Made by a program: the position numbers and the translations under genes. From an uncultured Gammaproteobacteria bacterium (GTDB lineage Bacteria; Patescibacteriota; Microgenomatia; Daviesbacterales; UBA10151): DNA of 64,000 bases. The stretch spans positions 70 through 64,069 of the forward strand of contig CAZKCV010000006.1 in NCBI GenBank assembly GCA_964551605.1. Direction: 5' to 3'. The notes under the pieces were generated by a model. That model was not told the origin of the DNA. It did no database searches and worked only from the letters and a program-made list of their open reading frames with translations. Of this stretch, positions 18,673 through 28,734 are shown piece by piece. Position 1 is the first letter of the stretch. Each line of letters opens with the position of its first letter.

Positions 18673-19468
18673 TTTAGCTTTACACAGCTTTACACCCTCC
18701 GGGTGTTTTAGGTTGACACCCTTTCTCTATTATGTGTAAGATATGTTTATGGCCACACTTAGAAAGTTGGTGTTTCGTGAGGGTGAAGTCTATCATGTTT
18801 TTAACAGAGGGATAGAGCGAAGAACTACCTTTAGTGAGAAAAGAGAACTCGCAAGGATGCAGAAGCTGGTCAAATTTTATAGGCACAAAGATACTCCGGT
18901 CAGGTTTTCCCAGGTTATACAGAAACCTGAAGAGACCAGAGAGAAGTTACTGGCTGCTCTTTATAAGAGTGAAAGGGCAGTAGATATCCTAAGTTACTGC
19001 CTGATGCCCAATCATTTTCATTTTTTGCTTAAACAAAACACAGACAAAGGGATTTCCTCTTTTATATCTAATATCACAAATGGCTATACTAAATATTTTA
19101 ATACAAGATATGAAAGGATGGGTCCCCTATTTGAAGGTGTTTTTAAGGCAGTTCATATTGAAAGCGATGAGCAGTTGGTTCATGTCTCCAGGTACATCCA
19201 CCTAAACCCAGTGGTTTCCGGTGTGATACCGGATAATGAGCTTGAAAGTTACCCTTGGTCATCCTATCCGGAATATTTATCTTTATCCAACTTGGAAATA
19301 TCGCAGACAGATTTAATTTTAAGCATGTTCAAAACGATAAAAGCCTACCAGGAATTTGTTAACAATCAAATAGATTACGGTAAACAGCTGGAAGTTATCA
19401 AACATCTTACTTTAGAATGATATTCTAATTGAAGAATAGGTGTAAAGCTATATCACCCTCCGGGTGTA
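18673..19468. mobile_element. RAYT locus 1: transposase with flanking REP-like inverted repeats
   Basis: CACCCTCCGGGTG palindromes within imperfect inverted repeats at 18691-18726 and 19433-19468. Confidence 0.7.
18743..19420 (+). CDS. rayT: REP-associated tyrosine (Y1/HUH) transposase
   Basis: YHVFNRG, YCLMPNHFHFL, RYIHLNP, YPWSS. Confidence 0.9.
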   Translation: MFMATLRKLVFREGEVYHVFNRGIERRTTFSEKRELARMQKLVKFYRHKDTPVRFSQVIQKPEETREKLLAALYKSERAVDILSYCLMPNHFHFLLKQNTDKGISSFISNITNGYTKYFNTRYERMGPLFEGVFKAVHIESDEQLVHVSRYIHLNPVVSGVIPDNELESYPWSSYPEYLSLSNLEISQTDLILSMFKTIKAYQEFVNNQIDYGKQLEVIKHLTLE

Positions 19469-19535
19469 GCCTTAGTTTCTGAAAATAGTCTTAGTTTTAT
19501 CTTCAATTCGTTGTAAGAATGGGATAAGAATTCTT

Positions 19536-21197
19536 CTATAATTCCGGTTCGACTTTGGTGGCTGTAACTACCAGATTCGGTAGGGTATCAAAGCCCCGGA
19601 TCAGGCTGTAATTTTCCAAAAATTGCTGTTCTTTTTCAGAGCCGATATACAAAACTGAACCCGGTAAATCTTTTATAAACTGCATCACCCGGGTATTGGG
19701 CAGTGAGCCGATATAGACATTATCATACTTAAAGAACTTAAATTCCCCTAATGTAGCCGGGTTTTGATTTTGCCTGATGACCAGAATCGGGTCCAATTTT
19801 GCATAAGCCGGATAAGCAAACTCCATGTTATCGATGTCATTGGAGAGCAGGATATAATCAAATTTCTGCTGGTTTTTCAAGGCTAAAGTAACTGCTTCCT
19901 TGGCTGGTAGGGACCAAAAGCGGGCGTGTTTTTGCGGAGCCACAAAGTAGAAGCGGTCTAAAAAGTAAGCAAACTGAACTGAAAATAAAACAGCCAATAA
20001 AATGATTAATGGGGTGAACCTGGATTTATGGATAAATAACCTCCACAAGCCAATGCCTACCAGGATGAGTAACGGTGGTAAAAGCAATGAGCTCCTCAAG
20101 GCATGGGGACCGCCAACCAAACTGGTGGCAGTAGGGGCAATCAGGATCCAGCCGGTCAATAAAGCCAGGAGTTTCTTGTCTGATTTAAATAAGTAAATGA
20201 GCCCTATTATTAATAAAATAATATCTATCCAGAAAAAGCCGCCCATTTCCGCCGGGTTATGCCGAACCTGCCCGTCTCCGTGCAGGAATAAAAAGTCCGG
20301 AGAGAAATTCTGTATGTAATTTTCAGCTAATATCCCGGCCAGCTCCAAGTGCGGGGTATGCAAAGGATTGGCCAGAGGCGCGGGTAAGGCATCCAGGGCC
20401 CTTTCGTTCCTTATTTTTTGAGAGATAGTTGTCCGGACATCCTGGTTTTTGAATATGTTAATCATGCCGAAGCGGTCTTCGCTGCCGCGGCTGATTGTCA
20501 GATAAATGCTCAGGATGGTAGAAAGGACAATAATCGCTAAAGACAAAAGCAGGGCCGTTTTTTTTAGATAGCCTCGCAAGGCCTCCCCCGGGAGCCTAAT
20601 ACTATTGGTAGTTGCCCAGGCAAGAAGCAAAACTGAAAGCATTGGTATGGTGAGCCTAAAGGTTGAATATGTCTGGGAGGCCAGGCCAAAGGATAGCCCA
20701 AAGAGGAGAAACCATAAATTGTTCTTTAGTCCCCTTAGAAAGGCATATACTCCCAGCAAAGTTAAAAAGAGGGCAAAGTGGCTTTCAAAGGGACCCCGGC
20801 TTAAGCTTAAACTCCAGGGATTTAAGGCTGCTGCTGCAGCGATAGCCAGGCCTGCTTTTTCAGAATGGAATTTTTTTCCCAGCAAATAAAGCAGTATTAC
20901 GATTCCTATTCCGGATAATACGGAAACGGACCGGGAGGCCAGTGCATTAGGACCAAACAAAGCCACAAAAGGCACGGTGGCATAAATATAGCCGCCCGGC
21001 CTGCCCCCGCCTAAGGGGAAAACCAGTGGAAAAAAATTTCCCTTTTGGTCATGGCCGGTTTTAAGTATGGAATAAGCGTCATACACTCCGGTTAAACTGT
21101 CGCCGTACATGGCCCGGGGATTTTTATCTGTCTGGTAAAAACGGAGGATGACGGAGATTAAAATAATTATCCCGAGGATAAGTGTGGTCTTTCTCAC
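19536..21197 (-). CDS. GT-C fold glycosyltransferase (GT39/ArnT-like)
   Basis: multi-TM; YDAYSILKTGHD, FLFLHGD. Confidence 0.8.
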   Translation of the reverse strand: MRKTTLILGIIILISVILRFYQTDKNPRAMYGDSLTGVYDAYSILKTGHDQKGNFFPLVFPLGGGRPGGYIYATVPFVALFGPNALASRSVSVLSGIGIVILLYLLGKKFHSEKAGLAIAAAAALNPWSLSLSRGPFESHFALFLTLLGVYAFLRGLKNNLWFLLFGLSFGLASQTYSTFRLTIPMLSVLLLAWATTNSIRLPGEALRGYLKKTALLLSLAIIVLSTILSIYLTISRGSEDRFGMINIFKNQDVRTTISQKIRNERALDALPAPLANPLHTPHLELAGILAENYIQNFSPDFLFLHGDGQVRHNPAEMGGFFWIDIILLIIGLIYLFKSDKKLLALLTGWILIAPTATSLVGGPHALRSSLLLPPLLILVGIGLWRLFIHKSRFTPLIILLAVLFSVQFAYFLDRFYFVAPQKHARFWSLPAKEAVTLALKNQQKFDYILLSNDIDNMEFAYPAYAKLDPILVIRQNQNPATLGEFKFFKYDNVYIGSLPNTRVMQFIKDLPGSVLYIGSEKEQQFLENYSLIRGFDTLPNLVVTATKVEPEL

Positions 21198-21234
21198 AGA
21201 ATTAATATACTACGAAAAATTATAATTAGCTATT

Positions 21235-21777
21235 ATGGAAATTACGACCCTGGCAGGCGGATGTTTTTGGTGTACGGAGGCTGTTTTTAGGCGGCTGAAG
21301 GGAGTGATGCAAGTTACTTCAGGCTATGCCGGAGGGAGGCTGGAAAACCCCTCCTATAACGAAGTGTCTATGGGTAATACCGGCCATGCCGAAGCTATCC
21401 AAATTGAATTTGATCCTAAGGTTTTAAACTTTAATAAATTATTGGAAATTTTCTGGGCGATCCATGATCCGACTACCCCAAACCGTCAGGGTTCAGATGT
21501 GGGCATCCAATACCGGTCAGCTATTTTTTACCACAGCCAAATTCAAAAAAGAACGGCTGAACTGTCGAAAAAGCGGGCAGAAAAATCCGGGGAAATTAAC
21601 GGTAAGATTGTGACGGAGATTAAACCTTTTACCAAATTTTACCCGGCTGAAGATTATCACCAGAACTATTATGAGAGAAATAAGAATTTCAACAGATACT
21701 GTTTGTTAGTCATAGATCCTAAAATAGGAAAGTTATTGGAGAAATTTAATAAGGAGGTCAAGCCGGAGTTTAAATGA
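21235..21777 (+). CDS. msrA: peptide-methionine (S)-S-oxide reductase
   Basis: GGCFWC, GHAE, AEDYHQ. Confidence 0.95.
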   Translation: MEITTLAGGCFWCTEAVFRRLKGVMQVTSGYAGGRLENPSYNEVSMGNTGHAEAIQIEFDPKVLNFNKLLEIFWAIHDPTTPNRQGSDVGIQYRSAIFYHSQIQKRTAELSKKRAEKSGEINGKIVTEIKPFTKFYPAEDYHQNYYERNKNFNRYCLLVIDPKIGKLLEKFNKEVKPEFK

Positions 21778-22160
21778 AAAACTTAAGTGATATCAGGAAA
21801 AAATTAACACCGGAGCAGTACAATGTTTGTTTCTTAAAAGGGACCGAGCCGCCTTTTTCCGGAAAATATACCAAAAATTTTAAGCCGGGAATGTATAATT
21901 GCGTAGTCTGCGGTACTCCTTTGTTTTCTTCAGAGGCTAAGTTTGATTCCCCTACCGGCTGGCCTTCTTTTGATAAACCAGCTGTCAATAAAAATATAGC
22001 TTTTGAAGATGATTATTCAATGGGGGTTCACAGGATTGAAGTAATATGTAAAAATTGCGGCTCCCACCTGGGACATGTCTTTGATGACGGCCCAACCAAA
22101 ATCGGAAAACGCTTTTGTATCAACTCATTAGCCTTAGATTTTGTTCCCGGAAAAATTTAA
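21774..22160 (+). CDS. msrB: peptide-methionine (R)-S-oxide reductase
   Basis: GTEPPF, GWPSF, HLGHVF, RFCINS. Confidence 0.95.
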   Translation: MKNLSDIRKKLTPEQYNVCFLKGTEPPFSGKYTKNFKPGMYNCVVCGTPLFSSEAKFDSPTGWPSFDKPAVNKNIAFEDDYSMGVHRIEVICKNCGSHLGHVFDDGPTKIGKRFCINSLALDFVPGKI

Positions 22161-22220
22161 CAGAGTTATTACACTACCATTATATAAAACTTATACTTAA
22201 GGTTTATTATGATAATCAAA

Positions 22221-22348
22221 CTCAGGTTGGGGGTAGGAAAAACTAAAGTAACGTAAAGTTATTGAGTTTTTCAAGAAACGGCGGGAGAATGATAAAATTT
22301 TTAACGATCCTTTAAGTTTCTTGATCCTACCCTACAACTGAGCTTTTT
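22221..22348 (+). ncRNA. candidate three-way-junction RNA, or elaborate bidirectional terminator
   Basis: closing stem 22221-38/22325-42; inner stems AAAACT/AGTTTT and TCAAGAAAC/GTTTCTTGA; U-tract; -10-like TATGATAAT upstream. Confidence 0.45.
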
Positions 22349-22350
22349 CA

Positions 22351-23391
22351 TTATTTGAGGTATTTATTAAAAAACTCCACTGAACGGTTTAAGGCAACAT
22401 TAAGATTCCCGGAAATATTATGGTCATCTCCTTCATAAGTAAAAAACTCCACCTCGTTTCCGGCCTCTTTCATGGCTTCGTTTAACCTTTCACTAAAAAG
22501 TACCGGGACTTCTTCATCTCCGGTACCGTGATGCAGCTGCAACGGCCCGGAAATATCTTTTACAAAAGCTATCGGTGAAATCGATTTCCAAAACCCGGGG
22601 TTTTGATCCGGATCCCCGTACTTATCAATCAAAGCCTGACGGCCCGGCCTTCTGAATGCCTGTTCTCTTTCTGAAAGCATAAACGGCCTGGACCTGCCCC
22701 AGTTTTTTATCATGTCTTCATAAGAAGCTACCACCCCGGCCCAGATTATTCCGGCTTTAATATCTTTTGAAACTACCATTGAACGAAGTGTTAAGCTGCC
22801 GCCCATTGAGTGTCCCCACATGCCGATTCGATTTGTGTCAACCACAAATCGTCCTGAGCCTGTCGAAGGATCTCGTAATTTTTTGATTGAAGAAACGGCA
22901 TTCAAAACATCCACAGTATAAGCTGTGGAATAATAGCCCCCTTCGGGGTTTCCTTCTGACGTGCCATGGCCCCGGTAATCGGGTTTTAGGACTACATATC
23001 CGTTGCCGGAAAAAGCATCCGTGTAAGTCACATAACGGCCGGTGGTTGTGTACTGGGCCGGTGGAATATAACCATGGTTAAAGATAATTGCCGGCCACCC
23101 GCCAACCGGCGGGTGGCCTTCAGGAACAGTTAATGAAGCATTAATTTTTAAGCCCCCGGATTGATATGAAGCCAAATATTGCCGGTAATTGCTGCCCGGT
23201 TCCAGTTCTTCTTCAATGGTAATTTCACTGCCTGGGTAGCTTTTCTTTCTCATCTCTGTGATTTGTAAAGGATGCGGATCGCCGAGGGTACTTACTTTTT
23301 CAGATTGCGTGGGTGGATCCTGGTTTTTCTGAAAAAATATCCCCGTTCCCAAAAGGCTCAGTATCCCAAAAAGGAAAATGATTTTCTTCAT
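22351..23391 (-). CDS. secreted alpha/beta hydrolase (S9 peptidase-like)
   Basis: HGY, DYRGHG, GHSMGG, HGTGD, DDH. Confidence 0.85.
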   Translation of the reverse strand: MKKIIFLFGILSLLGTGIFFQKNQDPPTQSEKVSTLGDPHPLQITEMRKKSYPGSEITIEEELEPGSNYRQYLASYQSGGLKINASLTVPEGHPPVGGWPAIIFNHGYIPPAQYTTTGRYVTYTDAFSGNGYVVLKPDYRGHGTSEGNPEGGYYSTAYTVDVLNAVSSIKKLRDPSTGSGRFVVDTNRIGMWGHSMGGSLTLRSMVVSKDIKAGIIWAGVVASYEDMIKNWGRSRPFMLSEREQAFRRPGRQALIDKYGDPDQNPGFWKSISPIAFVKDISGPLQLHHGTGDEEVPVLFSERLNEAMKEAGNEVEFFTYEGDDHNISGNLNVALNRSVEFFNKYLK

Positions 23392-24533
23392 AACTGCCGG
23401 GGGTCAATTCTAATGATCTTGTCATCTCCGGCTTTAACAAGTCCCCTACCATCCCGGTTGCTGGTAGTAATATAAAGGTAATTATCCGGCCCTAAGATTA
23501 CTTCCCTGATTCTGCCGAATTCATTTTTGAAATGCTCTTTTAACTGGTTATCTGATGCCTTTTCAAAAAGGGCGGAGCCGCGTAGTCCCCCGAAAAATAC
23601 CGAGCCTTGGTAGAAAGCTGCCCCTGCGGGAGCCCAGGTATCGGAGCCGGAATTTAGTATCGGGCTTTCCATGCCTTCTCTTTTTTCATCGCCCTCAATT
23701 TCCGGCCAGCCGTAATTTTTACCGATCTCTATCAGGTTAACCTCATCCTTGGTAGAGGGGCCGTGTTCAGTAGCCCAAAGTTTGTTGCCGTCCCAGGCTA
23801 AGCCTTGAGGATTTCTGTGGCCAAATGAATATACTTCTGCTTTTCCCTTATCAGTTACTCTTAGAATCTTTCCGGCCAAGGAGTTTTTATCCTGGGCCTG
23901 GGAAGGGTTTTGGGCATCTCCGGTGGTAATATAAAGCATATTATCCGGGCCGAACTTTATCCTGCCTCCGTTATGATTTGAGGCTCCCGGAATGTTGTTG
24001 ACAATAATTTGCTCGTTAATTAATTGGTCATTTTCCAGTCTAAATCTTACTACCCGGTTTAGGGTGTTATCACCGTTTCCTGAATAGGTATAGTAAAGAT
24101 AGACAAAGCCATTTCTATCAAAATCAGGATGCAGGGCGATACCTAACAGTCCGCCTTCACCTATATGCTTGACAGCCGGAATGGCGGCTACTAATTTCAG
24201 GTTACCGTTTTTCTCTACTAATCTGACTCTGCCGGGTCTTTCTGTGACCAGAAGTCTTCCGTCTGAAAGAAAAGCCAAAGCCCAGGGAATTTCCAGGTTT
24301 TCCGCCACTACGGAAAAGCGGGCAGAATTATTTTCCCCGGGACACTCGGCAAATCTACAATCCGGCGGCATCCTGCCTACATATGAACCATCCGGGCAGA
24401 TTTGTACATCCTGCGTACAAACTCCGCCGTTTTTTGGAGAATTATTTTGGGAACTAAACCTTCCGGAAAGGGCAAATGCCACTCCGGCTAAAACAAGTAT
24501 TCCTAAAGTTATTGCAGCTACCTTTGGAAACAT
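23388..24533 (-). CDS. PQQ-dependent sugar dehydrogenase (GSDH family)
   Basis: PWALAF, GEGGLLG, HNGGRI, GHRNPQG; N-terminal Cys-rich CTQD...CPDG module. Confidence 0.9.
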   Translation of the reverse strand: MFPKVAAITLGILVLAGVAFALSGRFSSQNNSPKNGGVCTQDVQICPDGSYVGRMPPDCRFAECPGENNSARFSVVAENLEIPWALAFLSDGRLLVTERPGRVRLVEKNGNLKLVAAIPAVKHIGEGGLLGIALHPDFDRNGFVYLYYTYSGNGDNTLNRVVRFRLENDQLINEQIIVNNIPGASNHNGGRIKFGPDNMLYITTGDAQNPSQAQDKNSLAGKILRVTDKGKAEVYSFGHRNPQGLAWDGNKLWATEHGPSTKDEVNLIEIGKNYGWPEIEGDEKREGMESPILNSGSDTWAPAGAAFYQGSVFFGGLRGSALFEKASDNQLKEHFKNEFGRIREVILGPDNYLYITTSNRDGRGLVKAGDDKIIRIDPRQL

Positions 24534-24559
24534 AGGGGCTAATTATAACCCTTTTAATA

Positions 24560-24664
24560 CGTCATTGCGACCCCGATGACAATCGGGGGAAGCAATCTTG
24601 GTCGGGTTAAATTCAATCTCTGGATTGCTTCGTCCCCGGCAGTTGCCGGGTCCTCGCAATGACG
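24560..24664. repeat. palindromic REPIN/RPE-like intergenic element
   Basis: CGTCATTGCGA...GAAGCAATC and GATTGCTTC...TCGCAATGACG inverted arms with internal hairpins. Confidence 0.75.
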
Positions 24665-24679
24665 GCAAGGAAATGTTCT

Positions 24680-25963
24680 TTACAGAACAGATTTCACGGC
24701 CTCTACCAGGGTAGGGTTATTAAAATAAAGCAGCAGCTGGCTGGGCCAATTGGGGTCGGTAATTTTTACATCAGGATCCACTCCCCGGCCTTCAATGGGC
24801 AGGTTATCATCCCGCAGCGTGATGGAATGTACCAAAAACATGGAGTATTTTTCCTTTTTATTGAACTGGTTATCCAGCGGGAAAACCCGCTCCACTGTCC
24901 CCCAGCCCTTGGTGGGGATCCCTACCACTACTCCAGTATGATATTTTTTTAATGAGGCAGCCATCATTTCCGCTGAGGATTGGGTTTGGTTGTCGACCAG
25001 GATAACGATTTGTCTGAACCTGGTTAAACCCGGAAGTTTATCAGTCGAAGTCTTGAACGGCAGGTATTCTCCTTTATGGTAAAAATCATAGGCATAAGCG
25101 CCTTTGCCGATGAAATGTCCCAAAAAGTAAGGGGTGGCATCGATGGCTCCGCCGATATTGCCCCGTAAATCAAAGATCAGAGCATTCAGGGTACTGTCAT
25201 CCTTATACTTTTCAAAGATCTTAATGAACTCATCATATGAGGTGGGTGAGAATTTTTTGAACTGGAAATATAAACTATTGCCCACGGTTTTAGTGAACAT
25301 GGTCGGTTCCACCCGGTTTGTATCATACCTTTGCTTGGTATCTTTCTGGGTTAAAGTATCTTTGGCATAAGTGATTTGCTTGAGTTTTTCCTTCGCATCC
25401 GGTGACGTATCTTTGCTTAGTTCGGCTGCTTTTTTCTCAAAAGCCTGTATAACTGCTGCTTCTGAAGCCCCTTTGGGTAGACTTAAGTCCTTATATAAAT
25501 CTTTCTCCGGGTTTATATTGGAAACGGTATTTTTCAATTGCTGTTCCTGCTTTTCCGTATACAACCCGGAGCGGCCCGGCGGGTTCAAGGAGCCTAAAAC
25601 TCCACCTGTCACTGTGGCATAAAAAGTATTCTTCTTGTCTTCATCCATGCCGGCAGTGGCCTTGGCAAAAGCTTCCAGCAGTTTATCCTTGTTTTCAAAC
25701 TTAGCCACTGTGGTGTTGCCGCCGTTTCGGTCCATTGAGAGCTTAAACAGGTCAAGCAGCTGGGCATCGGAAATATTATCCCAGTAGTTTTCCCTGATTT
25801 TGTCATAAACCTCGGAAACAAAGGCTTTGGGGGTATTTTTTTGAGCATTAATGGCAGGCTTTGGGGAGATATTAGCTACATACTTATAGCCAATGCCTAC
25901 TCCCAGGGCAAAGATAGCCAGGATTAAAAATAGATTTTTTAAGGCAGGGATCCTAAATTTCAC
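24680..25963 (-). CDS. S41 (Ctp-like) peptidase with J-domain-like insert
   Basis: DLRGNIGG, SSAE, TKGWG; DLYKDL...GAS...RYD segment. Confidence 0.8.
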   Translation of the reverse strand: MKFRIPALKNLFLILAIFALGVGIGYKYVANISPKPAINAQKNTPKAFVSEVYDKIRENYWDNISDAQLLDLFKLSMDRNGGNTTVAKFENKDKLLEAFAKATAGMDEDKKNTFYATVTGGVLGSLNPPGRSGLYTEKQEQQLKNTVSNINPEKDLYKDLSLPKGASEAAVIQAFEKKAAELSKDTSPDAKEKLKQITYAKDTLTQKDTKQRYDTNRVEPTMFTKTVGNSLYFQFKKFSPTSYDEFIKIFEKYKDDSTLNALIFDLRGNIGGAIDATPYFLGHFIGKGAYAYDFYHKGEYLPFKTSTDKLPGLTRFRQIVILVDNQTQSSAEMMAASLKKYHTGVVVGIPTKGWGTVERVFPLDNQFNKKEKYSMFLVHSITLRDDNLPIEGRGVDPDVKITDPNWPSQLLLYFNNPTLVEAVKSVL

Positions 25964-25986
25964 TTAAGTAGTATATAATATTTTCA

Positions 25987-26925
25987 ATGGATATTGTAAC
26001 CATTATTTTAGTAGTCGGAGGGCTGGTTTTATTCGAAACAGTTTCTTCCATTGATAACGCAGTTATTAATGCCGAGGTTCTTTCCACCATGAGCAGGAAA
26101 GCCAGAAGATGGTTTCTGCTCTGGGGACTGCTGATTGCAGTTTTTCTGCTTCGGGGAGCTTTGCCCTGGGCTATTGTCTGGGCTGTTAATCCGGGTTTGG
26201 GTCCGATTGGATCATTTACTGCTGCTTTAAGTTCTGACCCGGCGGTGGCAGAGGCCATTGAGGGCTCCAAGCACATCCTGCTTTCGGGTGGAGGCATATT
26301 TTTAGTTTTTTTGTTTTTCCATTGGCTGTTCCTGGAATCGAAAAACTTCGGCCTGCGGGGTGAGCGGTTTTTCCAGCGGCAGGGTGTCTGGTTTTATGCA
26401 GTAGTGTCTCTGATTTTGGCAGGAGTAGTCTGGTTTTCCATAAATAAGGATCCGTTCATGGCTTTCGGAGCAGTCTTAGGTTCAACTGCTTTTTTTATTA
26501 CCCACGGGTTTAAGGAGAATGCCAGACAGGCTGAAGAACAGATGCTTCACAACAAAGATACCGGATTGTCTGACATGAGCAAGATTTTTTACCTGGAAGT
26601 GATAGATGCGACTTTTTCCATTGATGGTGTGGTAGGAGCCTTTGCTTTTACCCTGTCCGTGCCCTTAATTTTGCTGGGAAACGGCATTGGGGCTTTGGTA
26701 GTCAGGCAACTGACGGTTTCCAATATAGACAGGATCAAGAAATATATTTACCTAAAAAACGGTGCTATGTACTCTATCTTTTTCTTAGGATCAATTATGC
26801 TGGCAGACAGCTTTGGACTGCATATCCCAGCCTGGTTGTCTCCGGTGGTGACTGCGGTGGTAATTGCTTATTTCTTCCTAAAATCAAAACGATCGCTGGT
26901 TGACACCTTGAAGGTGTCAACCTAA
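25987..26925 (+). CDS. TerC/DUF475 family membrane protein
   Basis: SIDNAVINA, LEVIDATFSIDGV, YLKNGA. Confidence 0.85.
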   Translation: MDIVTIILVVGGLVLFETVSSIDNAVINAEVLSTMSRKARRWFLLWGLLIAVFLLRGALPWAIVWAVNPGLGPIGSFTAALSSDPAVAEAIEGSKHILLSGGGIFLVFLFFHWLFLESKNFGLRGERFFQRQGVWFYAVVSLILAGVVWFSINKDPFMAFGAVLGSTAFFITHGFKENARQAEEQMLHNKDTGLSDMSKIFYLEVIDATFSIDGVVGAFAFTLSVPLILLGNGIGALVVRQLTVSNIDRIKKYIYLKNGAMYSIFFLGSIMLADSFGLHIPAWLSPVVTAVVIAYFFLKSKRSLVDTLKVST

Positions 26926-26942
26926 CCCACCCCCGGGGTGGG
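26898..26942. repeat. REP-like double palindrome overlapping the TerC stop
   Basis: GGTTGACACCTTGAAGGTGTCAACC plus CCCACCCCCGGGGTGGG. Confidence 0.8.
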
Positions 26943-26965
26943 ATACGCACACACCGTAGGGGATA

Positions 26966-28660
26966 TCACCAGAAGTAATTATTTCTGACTTCAATTCCGA
27001 ACAGGGCATTTCCCAGCGGGCTTTGCGGGAAAAGGGCTAACCCGGCCCTGGCGAATTTTTCAGCAGCTTCCGTATTTCCTGTCTGTCCCAGGAAAAGTGA
27101 TAGCCTAAGATATGAAAGATAAGAAGATCTTGCCCCTCCGGGGTAAAAATCAAATTGATAGTTAGCCGGATCTAATTTTGATAAGTCAATAGACTCCAAG
27201 GTGTCCCCTTGAAAGGCCAGAGCATCATTTTTTACCAGAACTATCATAAAATCATCCAAATAAACTGTTTTCCAATCCGGGTTTTTGATAATGGAAACTA
27301 AAAAGGCTTTACCCCAGGGGGTTTGGTCAGTATGGGAAAAGATAATAGTCCTAAAGCCGATTTTTTCGTCAAGCTGCTTAAACTTTTCAGGTTCATATTG
27401 GGCTGGGATATAAACTTGCTGGAAAAATTCCTTCGGGTATTCCCCTGGTCTTCCATCCACAAAGATCCGGTATTTTGGCCAGCCACGGTAGGTAATGTAG
27501 CTTCCGATATCAAAATTATTAAAAACAGGCTGCGATAAATTATTTTTTAGGGCAAAATCAAGGGCGCCTTTACCATTTTCTTCGAATTGAAGCAGCGGCC
27601 TGGTGCTGCTGCCGGTATATTTATAATAATCCCCGTTTAGGTAAAAAAAACTTTCCAGAAGCAGCAACGGTACCGTCACCCAGACCAGCATTTTAAGAGG
27701 GCGGGCTGGACGGAAAGCTCCAAAATTTTCCAGCACTGCCGGGAGTGAGATTAAAGCCAAATAAGGAAAGCTCCTGACATTCATCAAAGCCAGTACCATG
27801 CCTAGACCGGCCAGGCCCAGATTCTTTATTGTTAATCCTTTCTTGAATAGGGCTACACAAACTGAAAGTACAATAATGGCTATGGCAATCTTGACAAACA
27901 GGAAATTAGGATCCCGGAAGTTAATACTTTCGAGAAGAAACATGGTTTGGTTTTCCACAATGGTATAGCCGTAGTTTTGGTTAAAGGTTAAAGGATTCAG
28001 GAATCCTTTGAGGCCGCTGGGATTAATTAAGCTGGCCCCAACCGATAGTCCAAAAATTATCCCCAGTATTTTTAGCTTTACACCCTTGGGGTGTAATCGA
28101 AAGTATTGGTACCCCAGGTGAATCAGGTAAATAGCCTGGAGAAATAAACCTAACATAAAATAGATATGGCTATTGACCCAGATTAGCTGGACAACCGGCA
28201 GGGCAAAAATTAGCTTGGTTTTTGTCTTCTCAAATTTACTCAGGATATAAAGAGTAAGTCCGGTAAAAAGAAAGCTTAATATTTCCGGGCGGAAGTCCGG
28301 CCGCTCCCGTAAAGTATGTAAGAAAAGAAAACCAATAGGTAAAAGCAGATATTGGTTTTTAGGTGTGGTTTTTAAGACAAACCAGACAGCCAGCAGGATA
28401 ATGACCACTTTTAAAATAAGTAATGCCTGCAGGCCGATTGTCTGCTGGCCCAAAAAGACTAGAACCTCAAACAGCCAGTGGCTATTAATAAAGGGAAAAT
28501 CAGGATAAGTGTAGGAAAACAGGTTGGTTAAAGGTACGGTTTTGGTTTGTAAGATAATTTCCCCTAATTTTAAGTGCCGGCCTAAGTCCTGGTTAAAGGA
28601 ATCATCGGTTCGGAAAAGGAAAGAAAAAACGAAAAATAACAGGAGAATTTTAATCCACAT
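26966..28660 (-). CDS. polytopic membrane protein, GT-C-like
   Basis: DLGRHLKLG, HWL, RPE, WVNSH, FVDGR. Confidence 0.7.
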   Translation of the reverse strand: MWIKILLLFFVFSFLFRTDDSFNQDLGRHLKLGEIILQTKTVPLTNLFSYTYPDFPFINSHWLFEVLVFLGQQTIGLQALLILKVVIILLAVWFVLKTTPKNQYLLLPIGFLFLHTLRERPDFRPEILSFLFTGLTLYILSKFEKTKTKLIFALPVVQLIWVNSHIYFMLGLFLQAIYLIHLGYQYFRLHPKGVKLKILGIIFGLSVGASLINPSGLKGFLNPLTFNQNYGYTIVENQTMFLLESINFRDPNFLFVKIAIAIIVLSVCVALFKKGLTIKNLGLAGLGMVLALMNVRSFPYLALISLPAVLENFGAFRPARPLKMLVWVTVPLLLLESFFYLNGDYYKYTGSSTRPLLQFEENGKGALDFALKNNLSQPVFNNFDIGSYITYRGWPKYRIFVDGRPGEYPKEFFQQVYIPAQYEPEKFKQLDEKIGFRTIIFSHTDQTPWGKAFLVSIIKNPDWKTVYLDDFMIVLVKNDALAFQGDTLESIDLSKLDPANYQFDFYPGGARSSYLSYLRLSLFLGQTGNTEAAEKFARAGLALFPQSPLGNALFGIEVRNNYFW

Positions 28661-28695
28661 TAAAAAATTGTATCACAGACCATTACGCGATTTAA

Positions 28696-28714
28696 TGCGC
28701 GATTATTGCGCGAT
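28696..28714 (+). repeat. 19-bp direct repeat, left of fic
   Basis: TGCGCGATTATTGCGCGAT, identical at 29796-29814. Confidence 0.85.
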
Positions 28715-28734
28715 TTTGTGGTATAATTTAAGTT

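Noticed and set aside
23093-23118. Perfect 11-bp palindrome in the hydrolase gene as an insertion
   Set aside because: Encodes GHPPVGGWP, which fits the native loop expected before AIIFNHG; cannot be called an insertion without an alignment
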